From Guillardia theta CCMP2712 (lineage: Eukaryota; Protista; Cryptophyta), in NCBI RefSeq assembly GCF_000315625.1, contig NW_005434653.1:224578-261248 (forward strand): 36,671 bases of DNA. Reading direction: 5' to 3'. Below are positions 8,988 to 19,376 of this stretch, piece by piece. The notes under the pieces are model-generated. The model was not told the origin of the DNA and ran no database searches. It worked only from the letters and a program-made list of their open reading frames with translations. The first letter of the stretch is position 1; each line of letters starts with the position of its first letter. A program made the position numbers and the translations under genes.

Positions 8988-10991
8988 ATGGCTCGGCTGA
9001 GAGTGGGGCGGCGGTTCGAGGCGACGGCGGGGATGGCAGGAGCAGACGAGAAGATGGAGGAGCTGCTGGGGAGGAGCTGGAGAGACGCAAGGGTCTCGGG
9101 TGAGATCCTTGGGAAGGGGACGGGGAAGAGGGTGAGGGTGAGGTGGACAGTGTGCGGGGAGGCGGTGGAGGTTGAGGTCGGGGTAGACTCGCCGGTCTTC
9201 GCGTCCCTGGAAGACGAGGGCCATGGCAGCAGCGAGGTGAGGAGCGCGGTCAGGAGCAGCAGGGGGGCAGGAGGAGCCGCCGAGGATGAGATCATAGTCG
9301 AGACAGACTCTGACATGGTGACGGAGGACGAGGACTACACAGAGGCGGCAGGTCGAACCGGAGATGGCGGCTCAGGGTCCATGATTGACATGGTGGATGA
9401 GAAAGGGAGGCGCTGGCTGCTGGAGAAGAAGGAGGAGCTCGAAGACGCCAGAGTGCCCGTGGAGGAGAGCAGGCCGAGGCTGCTGTCGCAGGAGGTGAAC
9501 GTAACGGAGGAGGGGGAGCTAGCGGAGTATATCTCCTGCATGCTACCGGGAGAGCTTCTGCAGACCATCCTCCTCTGGACCAATCGAGAGATCGACGGGG
9601 GGAAGAAGCAGGTGGATCTCAAGGAGCTGAGGAAGTTCTTCGCCATACTGCTCGGTATGCTGATACAGCCTCGGTCCGAACTTGCCTCCTACTGGCTGTC
9701 CAGGGACGTCGGGGTAGTGCGCGCATGCGACTTTGGGAGGACATTCAAGATGACGCATGCTCGCTGGCTCTTCATCGCCCACCACATGCGCTTGTGGGAT
9801 CCTACGGAGGAGCCGCGCAGCATGCAGGACTGTGTGAGAAAGCTGGGGCCTGTGGTGGGGCTGTTTAACCAGAGCATGGGGAAGCTCATGCTGCCCGGCT
9901 CGACGGTGGCGTGTGGAGAGATTCCTCTCCTTCCTCCTCTGTCGGATTTCTGCGGGACAAAGTTCGTCGTGAGGGCGATGGTGGATTGCGCTTCCAAGGT
10001 GGTCGTGCGGGTGGCTGTGGAGATGAGGGAGGAGGGGGAGGCAGCGGGGGTGATGAAGCTGCTGCAAGGGCTTCACAGCAGCGTCGTGTATGCGGATCAA
10101 GCGCTGACTAGCATGGAAGCATGCGAGGCCGTCGTCAGCTCGGGCAACCATTTCTGCGGGGCGCTGAGAAGCGACGAGACTTTCTTGCCTGTCAGAGACT
10201 TGAGCAGCGGCGCGTTCGGGAAGGAAAGCGAGGTCGGGGCCACCAGGACGTTCAAGCTCAAGGAGGACTTCTCTCGGCCGCTCTACTGCCATGCCTGGAA
10301 CTTTCGCTCAAGGAGGGGCGAAAGGGCCTCGGCAGAATGCTTCCTGTCCTCCTTCCCGGCCTTCAAGCCTGCTCAAGCGTACACGAGGAGCAGGCAGGCG
10401 TTCGATGCCAAGTATGGGATCATCAGGAGAAACAGGGTCGTGCCACAGAGCCGGATGGTGGCCGAGCATCGTGCGGCCATGGAGGCGCTCTCGCTGAAGC
10501 ATGCCGACCTGCTGCAGACGATTCGCAGCATGTGGAAGCCCAGGAGCGTCGAGGTGTACGTCTTCCAGCTGCTCCTCCACCTGATGATCACCAACGCCTT
10601 CCTGTGCTTCAAGTACTTCGACAAGGATGCAGCTGGGGTGGAGGTGGAGACGTTCCTCAATGCCATTGCCTTCAGCTTCGCAGAGAAGAGCGACTGTAGG
10701 GGCATCCTGCAGTCGTGCAAGAGGAAGCGGGAGGAGCAGGAGCAAGAGCAGGAGCAGGAGGACGGGGGTTGCAAGCCTGAACTGATCCGGAACTCCGGGT
10801 TTGGCAACCGCCATCACTGCGGCAGATGCAAAGTTTGCCCGGAGGGACAGAAGAGTTACTTCTTCTGCCGCAGATGCTCCGTGCTGTACCCCGGGGACCA
10901 CAAGAAAACCAAGCTCTTCTACGTGTGCGGTCCTGGGACTGGCAGGGACTGCATGATGAAGCACCTGAAGAGAACGATGTCGGAAGGATGA
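8988..10991 (+). CDS. piggyBac transposase-derived protein (PGBD-like, DDE_Tnp_1_7-type), probably domesticated and catalytically inactive
   Basis: Single 667-aa ORF with piggyBac hallmarks in order: LLQTILLWTN, DLKELRKFFAILLGM, SYW, DFGRTFKMTHARW..I.HHMRL, FNQSM...PGSTVACGE (D1 site), VYADQALTS (D2), HFCGALR, HRAAMEALS (D3 site), LMITNAFLCFK and a C-terminal CxxC-CxxC-C-C-H domain. Recognised by motif only; no database search was run. Confidence 0.85.
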   Translation: MARLRVGRRFEATAGMAGADEKMEELLGRSWRDARVSGEILGKGTGKRVRVRWTVCGEAVEVEVGVDSPVFASLEDEGHGSSEVRSAVRSSRGAGGAAEDEIIVETDSDMVTEDEDYTEAAGRTGDGGSGSMIDMVDEKGRRWLLEKKEELEDARVPVEESRPRLLSQEVNVTEEGELAEYISCMLPGELLQTILLWTNREIDGGKKQVDLKELRKFFAILLGMLIQPRSELASYWLSRDVGVVRACDFGRTFKMTHARWLFIAHHMRLWDPTEEPRSMQDCVRKLGPVVGLFNQSMGKLMLPGSTVACGEIPLLPPLSDFCGTKFVVRAMVDCASKVVVRVAVEMREEGEAAGVMKLLQGLHSSVVYADQALTSMEACEAVVSSGNHFCGALRSDETFLPVRDLSSGAFGKESEVGATRTFKLKEDFSRPLYCHAWNFRSRRGERASAECFLSSFPAFKPAQAYTRSRQAFDAKYGIIRRNRVVPQSRMVAEHRAAMEALSLKHADLLQTIRSMWKPRSVEVYVFQLLLHLMITNAFLCFKYFDKDAAGVEVETFLNAIAFSFAEKSDCRGILQSCKRKREEQEQEQEQEDGGCKPELIRNSGFGNRHHCGRCKVCPEGQKSYFFCRRCSVLYPGDHKKTKLFYVCGPGTGRDCMMKHLKRTMSEG

Positions 10992-11021
10992 AGGGAGAGG
11001 AGAAGGAGAAGGAGAAGGAGA

Positions 11022-11085
11022 GGGGAGAGCAGTACCAGGAACAGGAGGAGGAGGGAGAGCAGTACCAGGAACAGGAGGAGGAGGA
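11022..11085. repeat. Short tandem duplication (GGGAGAGCAGTACCAGGAACAGGAGGAGGA x2)
   Basis: Two direct ~30-nt copies downstream of the PGBD-like stop codon. Confidence 0.85.
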
Positions 11086-11253
11086 GGGAGAAGCGTGAAG
11101 GAGCCATGAAATTGGTGCCGGGGAGAGGTGAAGAGGGGAATGTAAGAGCGGAGAGAGAAGGAAGACAATAGGACAAGGGAGGAGGGATGGGAGGTGTAAA
11201 AAGAAATTTCTTGGCTTGATAATAACAGATTCCTCAAACACAAACCGGAGTCG

Positions 11254-11661
11254 TCAGGAGGGAGAAGATGGAGAGTGAAGGTTGCGCTCAATGTGCTGGA
11301 CGACCAACATGGGGTCTCTGGTGGAAGGAAACGGCTGTGAGATTTTGACCTCCACCTCCTCCACCTCTACGTCGATGACGATACTTCCCCTGACCAGGAG
11401 GGGTCTTCCCTCCTCCTCCCTTGGGTCGCAGAGCTTGAAGTAGCCCACGAGCAGGAGGACAAGCCCCCCGTCGCCGGGTGCGAGGACGTCGATGTAGTGG
11501 AGCCCAGCCTGCATGACCTGGAGGAAGGAGGGCGTGAGAGGAGGAGAGTGGGGGATGCTAGGACGGAACTAATAGGGAGGGAGGGGATAGAAGAACAACC
11601 ACTCCCGCCGCCACCAGCGGCAGCAGGAAAGGAGGAAGAGGAGCAGGAAGACGCAAAGAAA

Positions 11662-11710
<49 letters not shown>

Positions 11711-12216
11711 GGAATTCACCTGTGAGTGGGAGTGGGCGGAGAATCGTTCGACTAGCTCCTCGAACAGGAAGATGCCGAGGTTCTGATTCGCCATGTTCAT
11801 AACCCTCTTGGAAAGAGAGGACTCGGGGCCCAGCTCGGGTCTCAGCTGAGCAAGCTGAGAGCAAGCGCTGGCGATGAACTGAGAGAGATGGTGAGAGGAC
11901 GGTGAGGAAATGAGGAGGGGGAGGGAGAGGAAAAGGAGGGAATGGAGAGGAGGGGGAGGAGAGGAGAAGAGGAGAAGAGGAGGAGAGGAGGAGGAGATAA
12001 AGGGGATGAAGACTTGCTGAGAAAGAAGAGGAGGGAGAGGGGAAATGTGAACATGAAAGGAAGAAGGGTTAGAGAGAGAGTTGGCAGGCGGAAGAAAAAG
12101 ACGAAAGGAAGGAGGAAAAGGAGAAGATAGGAGAAAAGGGTCTACGAGTACAAGGAGGAGAGAGGAGGGGAAAGCGGGGGAAAGTGGAGGGGGGTGCCGA
12201 GGAAGCGAGGAACAGC

Positions 12217-12276
<60 letters not shown>

Positions 12277-12909
12277 GGCAGGGGCAGGATCATAGGAGCA
12301 GAGACCTTGAGAGCAGCGAGCGACTTCTCGTCTGCTGTGCTTCCCTGCGGTGTCTCGCCGTTGAGACGGAGGAGGGAGGAGACGTCACGCAGGAACTGCT
12401 TGCTCGCGACCACCTGCAAGCCCCTTGACCGCTCTTCCTCGTCCAAAGACTCGAATGTTCGGGTGAATGAAGGGGGAGGGGGAGGAGAGGAGAGGAGAGG
12501 AGAGAAGAGGAAGAGGAAGAGGGACGAGGGGAGTGACAGCGATGGAAGATGTAAAACCAAAAAAGAAGCAAGAAGCACAGGACAGAGCAGTGAAGGACAC
12601 GAGGGTTTTGAGAGGTTTTCTTACCAGCTTGTCTCCATCCTTGATCGATCGCTTGTATTTGTCGGGAGGATACTGAAGGCAGCAAGGGTTCAGCAGACTT
12701 CCCAGCTAGTGAACGGGGAGAGGACCTTGTCAAAGTATGTTCGTTGGAACTCAACCAAGCTTGACGTCTTTTGGTATTCGACCTTCTTCGACATTCGGAG
12801 GATCTTGAGAAAGTGAAGGATGAGAAGTCATGAAGCAGGAGCAGAGAAGAGCAGGAGCTGGGCAGGAGTCGGAATAGGAGCAGACAGGAGCAGGAGGGGC
12901 AGGGGCAGA

Positions 12910-12960
<51 letters not shown>

Positions 12961-15900
12961 GGGGGCAGCAGCAGGGTCTACCTCGTCGAGATCAAGCTCA
13001 TCGTCCGAATCAGACTCTGAAATCTTCTCGGAAAGAGTCTCAAACGTATCCTCCTCCACAGCCTCCTCCTCCTTCCTCTTCCTCCCCCTCCCTGTCAGCG
13101 GCTCTTGGCTGCAACTCAGTCAGCATAGCGCCGCAGCCTACCCCTCCAATCACCGAGGAGCCACGAGCCTCCCTTCCAAGGCGGTGATGATGGTGATGGC
13201 GGAAACGTAGAGGAAGACAGAAGTTCCCACCTCCTCCTCCTGCATGCCGACGGAGCTCTTGCTGAAGTAGCTCAAGCCTGCTCCCCTGAGGTAGAGTTCA
13301 GTGCGGTGGTGGAGGAGGAGGCAGACAGGAGAATGTAGAGAGGATGGGGAGGAGGAAGAGAGAGAAGAGCGAGGTAGAAAGGAGAGGACATTGATCGAGA
13401 AGGAGGGAGGTAGGGGAGAGGTCGAGGCAGGTGCGAACGGAGAAGGACAAAGAATAGGGAAAAAAAGGTAGGAGAGGAGAGAAAAGCAGGGAGAGGAGGG
13501 GACTTGGCAGGATGACGAGAGCAAGAGAGACGAGGGGAAGGATGGGCAAGGGGAGGGAAGGTGAAATTCAATCGATCAGTTGGAGAGGAAGAGAGCGGAG
13601 CGGGCAGGGGACCAGAGGAAAGTCCCTCGGACAGCGCAGAAGAAATCTCCCGTCCTGAAGAAAGAGAGAAAGTGCAAGACGATGACCGTCCCATAGAGGA
13701 AGAGGACAAGCGAGGGAAAACGATCCCCAACCTGCTGCCTTGATTCAGAATCAACAGGCCCTCCTGCCTCCTGCCTCCTGCCTCCTGCCTCCTGCCTCCT
13801 GCAAGCTCCTGATGCTCCCCTCTGCTACCTCTCCTCCAGCCTCCTGCCCTTCCTCCTCTGTCCCTCCTCCTGAATCTGAACCCCTTCCCTTTCTTTTCTC
13901 ACCCAGGTACTTCCGGTCCTCTCAATGACAACGTTCAGCTTCCGCAAATGTTGCGAGCTCAAGATTTTCTCAACCTGCGAGTTGAATATCATACACATCA
14001 AACAACCTCCTCCTCTCCCTTCCTGCTCCTAACACTCCCACCTCTGGTCCCTATCCTCCCTCGCCCTCCTCTTCCTCTCGCTCCTACTCCTCCCTCCCCT
14101 CCTCTCTTCTTCTCCCTCCTCTTCTCCTTCACTCCTCTCTCCCTCCATTTCTCTTCACCTCCTCTTTGTACGAGCGGTAGGCAAGCATGCAAATCCAAAA
14201 CATCAGGATGACAACGTCGCCAAGTCTCGCTAGAAACTTTGTGACGCCAAACCAGGAGGAGGAGGAGGAGAAGGGCAGTGCCAAGAGGAGGAGTAGGTAG
14301 GGAACAAGGAGGAGGTGAATGGTCACTTCCAACGTCTGAGATTCCTTGGTGGAGCAGTGAGCTACGGGGAGGAAGTGAGGCCGGAGCTGATGCCAGAGAG
14401 CAAGAACAGGCGAAGGAGGAGGGGAGAGAAGGAGAGAGGAGAGGAGAGGAGAGGAGAGGAGAGGAGAGGAACGGGGGAGGAGTGCGAGAGGGGAAGAAAC
14501 AAAGAGGACGCTGAGAACAGAGCAAAGAAGGGGAGAGAAGAGCGCAGCAGGGCAGAACAGAGCAGAGCAGAGCAGGGGGGCAAGGGGGGCAGCAGAGCAT
14601 AAGGAAGAAGGAAGGGGAGCCACACAGTCTCTTCCTTCTCAATTCACCTGCGAGCTTCTCCTCCTCCCTCCTCAGCTTCTCCTCCGCCTCCTCCAGATGC
14701 TTTGAGAGGGTTTCCATGGGACGCGCCAGCAAACGCTCCACGTCCTCCCTCGCAGCGAGCATGCTGCTGGCGTTCAGCTGGCAAGTCAGGAGGGCAGCTG
14801 AGAGATTTCTGTGCTCCTCTTGCACTTGTTTCCATCGACCCTCGGCCTCCTCCCTCCTCTTTCTCTGCGTCAGAAGACTCAGAGAGATTGACCTGCTCCT
14901 CCCTTTCTTTCTCCTTCATCTCCTTCATGCTCAAAATTTTTGCCCGGGCACCCTGTCTTGATCGCACGTCTTTCCACTTTCCGCTACTCCTTCCCTCAGG
15001 CTACATCTCCCTCCTCTCCTCTCCTCTCCTCTCCTCTCCTGTCCTCTCCTGTCCTGTCCTGTCCTCTCCTGTCCTGTCCTGTCCTGTCCTGTCCTGTCCT
15101 CTCCTCTCCTCTCCTCTCCTCCCCTCTCCTCCCCTCCCACCTCCTCCTTGATGGAGCTCTGCAGACGATCGACAGTCTTGTTGCAGCGGTTCAGCTTCTC
15201 GTCGGTCAGTTGAATCATCTCGTTGATTTGCTGGGCAGAGGAGTGAAGGGAAGACGATCATTCGAGCAAAGAGATCACGTGTATCGTGCTCCTGCTGTCA
15301 TCTTTCTGCTCCTCTCGGATCAGGGCGTCTATCCTCAGCTTCTCGCATCCCTGTCACCGCCAACTGTCAAGTCGCAGAGAGGAGGAGGAAGAGGAGAGAG
15401 AGCATGAGGAGGAGAACGGATTGCAGACAACAGGAGCGAGCGAGTGAGCGAGCGAGAAGGCATCCAGGAATGCTCAATCAAGTCATCATAAGAGAACAAT
15501 TTGAATCAGCGGTCAAACACACAAGGACACGTATCTCGGAATCTCACCTCCAGCTTCTCCTTCACGTCTTCAAGAAGGGATTCCTTGTCTCGTAAATGCC
15601 GTTGGCACTGATCGGCACATCAATGTCACCTGCACCTTCTCCTCCGCCCCTCACCTCCTGCTCCTTGTTGCTCCTCTCCTTTGCAGCCTGATTGTAACGG
15701 AGATTTGCTTCCTCCAGCTGCGAGTTGTATGAGAGGGAGGAACAAGAACCCTGATTTCTCGGGAGGATCAACCATCTCGCAAGCTCTCCGACATCATCTC
15801 TCCCCCATCTCCACACTCCCATCACCTCAGCAACAATCGTTTTCAGCCGATCGTTCTCCTCCTGCATCTCGATCATCCTGAGGCAAATCAGCACCTTGGC

Positions 15901-17039
15901 AGCACCTCCCACTCCTTACCTTTCTTGTAAGTCGGTGATGATCTTTGCTTGCCGCCTCGACCTGACAAACTCTCAGCGGTTTGTGATCGAACGCTCACAG
16001 GAAAACATCCCGTCCAGTCTGACCTCTCTCTCTCAATCTCCTCCCGCTGAGTTTGCTGCACGCTGGCAGATTCTTCCTGCACCTCCTGCGTTTTCACTTC
16101 ACTTCCTCTCAACGTCTCACGCAGTCCACCGTCAATTTGCTTTCCTCCGCCATGAACGTCTCGATCATCGTCGAATCATCGGATGCTGGATCAATCTCGC
16201 TGCCCTTGTCCTCTGAAGATGTCCTGCTTATACATGCCGATCAATACTGCTCCATTGCCTGTTCTGGCGGCTTCAACAACGCATACCTTTGGTCTTGACC
16301 TTTGTGTTTATCCTCGGGTCTTCTTTCTTGTTGCAATATTCTCACATCCTGCGGCAAAGGGAGCATATCGTCAACAAAAGTCCCTCCCTCCTCTTCCTCC
16401 TCAGTTTCTCCGTCTTCAGTCACTCAGTCTCCCCCCACTGTCCTCTTCCTTCCCCTCCAAATCCCTCACCTTCAACCAAGTCATCTCCGGCCCGTAATAA
16501 TGCCCTCCGCGAATCAGGAACCCACTGAGGGAGGAGAGCGTCAGCAGCAGCTCCTCCTCTGTGCATGAGCCCTCGCTGATCGCATGTTTCCAACTGGGCG
16601 GGTCCAGCGCAACCTCTACCTCCTGGTCGTTGGACCAGGGAGCGAACAGGTCCGTCCTGATGAGCGTGAGGTTGTGCAGGTCAGAGACCAGCACGACGTC
16701 CTCCATCTTGATCGGGTCCCTTCCCGCGCTGTTCGCATGGAAGTGGCCCATAGAGAACTTGATGCTTCCTTGATATGCCTCCCGCATGTCACCCAGGAAC
16801 TTGGGAGGAGCAGAGAAGAACCATACAGCCTGTCCCTCGTCCGACCCTGTGAGGTACTCGCCCTCAACCTGGAGGTGTACATCCTCCCCTAACACCAACC
16901 ATCCGTCCTCTCCTTCACCGAAATCGCTGGCCGCTAAGATCGTTTCCCTTACCAGCTGCCCCTCCCTCCGGGGGAACCTTTGCCCTCCGACTCCACAGAG
17001 GAGCAAGAGTCCTATGACTATCCATTCCGACGCTCTCAT
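11254..17039 (-). CDS. Signal peptide + laminin IV type A (laminin B) domain + coiled coil + membrane-spanning region, large multi-exon gene
   Basis: Exon 1 reads MRASEWIVIGLLLLCGVGG (signal) ...WFFSAPPKFLGDMREAYQGSIKFSM...LSGFLIRGGHYYGPEMTWLK (laminin IV-A motifs). Downstream exons give a coiled coil (IEMQEENDRLKTIVAE-LEEANLRYNQAAKERSNKEQE-CQRHLRDKESLLEDVKEKLE...), hydrophobic segments (IHLLLVPYLLLLLALPF, VVILMFWICMLAY, SLVLFLYGTVIVLHFLSFF) and a final exon ending ERNLHSPSSPS* at 11254. The region could instead be two genes. Confidence 0.7.
12210..12290. repeat. (GCAGGA)n hexanucleotide microsatellite in intron
   Basis: Visible. The same motif occurs at 11664-11706 and 21342-21442. Confidence 0.95.
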
Positions 17040-17554
17040 CCTACCTTGCCGTTGCTGGTGTGGTTTTACATGGGTCTCGGAGTAGATACCACCTCAGCGG
17101 ACATTAATTCGACTACGTTTTGTGCGGAAATTCCCCTTCTCCTCTGCGCTTGTTTGCTCTTTGTCTTAGTTCCGCCATCGTTCAACAAACCTGCCCATTC
17201 AACCCGACGTATGAGATTGGAGAGCACAGAATCATTTTGCATAACAGGGCAACGCATCACAAAGGATTACATCAACCTGAGAATGAGCACCATTGCAACG
17301 AGGCAGAGTCTATTACATCACACGGACCACAGCACAACGAGGTGTGATCTTGCAGAGCCGATGGCGAGGAGGAGGAGGAGCTGTGGCCGTAGAGAGGAGA
17401 GCATGGAAGAGAGCATGAAAGAGAGCATGGGAGAGAGCATGGAACAACAATCATCGTAATCCTCCCCCTCTCACCAGCCGCATCGTCAGTTGATGGATTT
17501 TCACCGATGATGTCAAGACAGTTATTTCCGTTACTTATTACTAGTAATATTGCC

Positions 17555-17910
17555 GTGACAGTCGGCCGGGCCCGGAGCAGAGAGCCGGGCCGACCCGGGC
17601 TCGCCGCAACGCCGGGCCTCGAGTTGTAGGGATCACTGAAGTCACTGATTGACCGTTGGACAGCATACTATACAACACGCCCACTGCCCGGACTCTTTTG
17701 CTGCCAATACGCAAGCGCCGCGGCCGCCCGGCAGACTCTCACAGTGACTCGGATCGGGCCCCGGCCCGGGGCCGGGGCGCGCCCGTGTACAGCCCGGGGC
17801 CCTTAGCCAAGTTGAAAACGGGCCTCAACACTCGGAGCCGAGTCAATTTTAAATGCCGAGGGTTCACTGATATAGAAAAAAAAGTCGGTCACCTGGGGAG
17901 TACCGCCCGT
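17555..17910. repeat. CCGG/GGCC palindrome-rich island between divergent genes
   Basis: Same word content (CAGTGACTCGG, CCCGGG, GTCACTG) as the other islands. Confidence 0.5.
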
Positions 17911-18760
17911 GCCTACAAGTAATTTAGGAGTCGATTATATCGGACGGATTTGGTACTGCCAGTACGCAAAACAACAATATACATATATATTTGTACTTGA
18001 ATTATTCGTGTCTAAAATACTTTTAGGTGCCGGATACATGGCACGCAGCTAGTCGATGGAAGCAGGAATGGAGGGAGTTTGGCGGGGGGGGAAGGGGCAT
18101 GGAAGAGAAGGACAGAGAGGAGAGAGCTTGCAGGAGAGTTGAGAGAAGAGGGAATGTTGATGAGATAGAAGGACCTGAGTTCAGAATAGGAAGCAGGTGT
18201 AAGATCATTCCCCTTACGTCATGAAATGAGCCACAACAGGAAGCAAAGGAGGGTTGATCAGGCTGATGATTGCATATGTACTTGTATGACTTGGGGCTAA
18301 GATGATTCATTGGAAGCCAGGAATGAATCTGTGCAGCTTGCGATTATAATAGACCATTGCTTGAAAAGGAGTAGGAGATCGAGAAAAACGACCACAGTTG
18401 ATGTTCTTATGGAGCAACGCTTTGCTTCTAATCATTGTTCATTGATCTGCAGAGGAGATTGAAGCTGACTGGGCTGGAGAACAAAATGACACATAGAAGC
18501 TTGTTCCATCTGTTTCCCGACGTCATAATGTAGGAAGGGTTATCAAGCCATACCTGTATGCAGCAACCTCTATGCAGAGCCTCCACCCCAACTGAATATA
18601 CATCAGCCATTCTCTCCTGTCGAGATGACAAGCAGTCTCCTGTCAACCTCATGACGCACTAGGGTGCTCCAGTCGGACTTCTCGACAGGAGGAGGAATCA
18701 TACTTCGCTGCTGCTCGAGCACTTCCTGGGGAGGGTCTGCAGACCCAGGAGGGTGACGGG

Positions 18761-19334
18761 ATGAAAGAGTCTCAGCTGTTGCCTCCAGTCCTCATCACTC
18801 TGTCTTACTTCCTGTTCACGGTGAGCAAGCGATACCGGTCCCTTCTTTTGCGTGTTAAGGCGACTCCTCAGGTATACCATGTACTTCAGCCATTGGCGCC
18901 GCTGCCTTCGCATGCGATAGACGAAGGCGCCTACGGTCCTGATGCGAATCCTCTTGCTTCGAGCTGACAGGTAGCGCAGGAGCAAAGAACTCGCTGTCCC
19001 GTACTCGAGCTTACAGGGGCTCCCACTACTCAAGCGTAGTTCGACACTCCTCCTACATGTCATCTCCGTTCTCCTCCTCTTCCTCCTCCTCCTCCTCCTC
19101 CGGATACCAAGGAAAGGTATTATCGGGAATTCCGCTCGACAAGTACCGCGCGATGAATCAAGGGACGGCATCTAACTACACGTGAGCGTCTGCTTGTAGG
19201 ATGAAGAAGTAGATAGCAACGACCATGATAAGAAGTAGCATGCCAGATGAGAAGAAGAAGGGAGGGGAGAAGTTTATGGGGGGAGGGGGACGGAGAGGGG
19301 AAAGTTTGAGACAGGTGAGGCCGGGGGGGGATTG

Positions 19335-19376
<42 letters not shown>

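Noticed and set aside
9543-11291. Long minus-strand and alternate-frame ORFs overlapping the piggyBac-derived gene
   Set aside because: They are shadows of GC3-rich codon usage in the real ORF.
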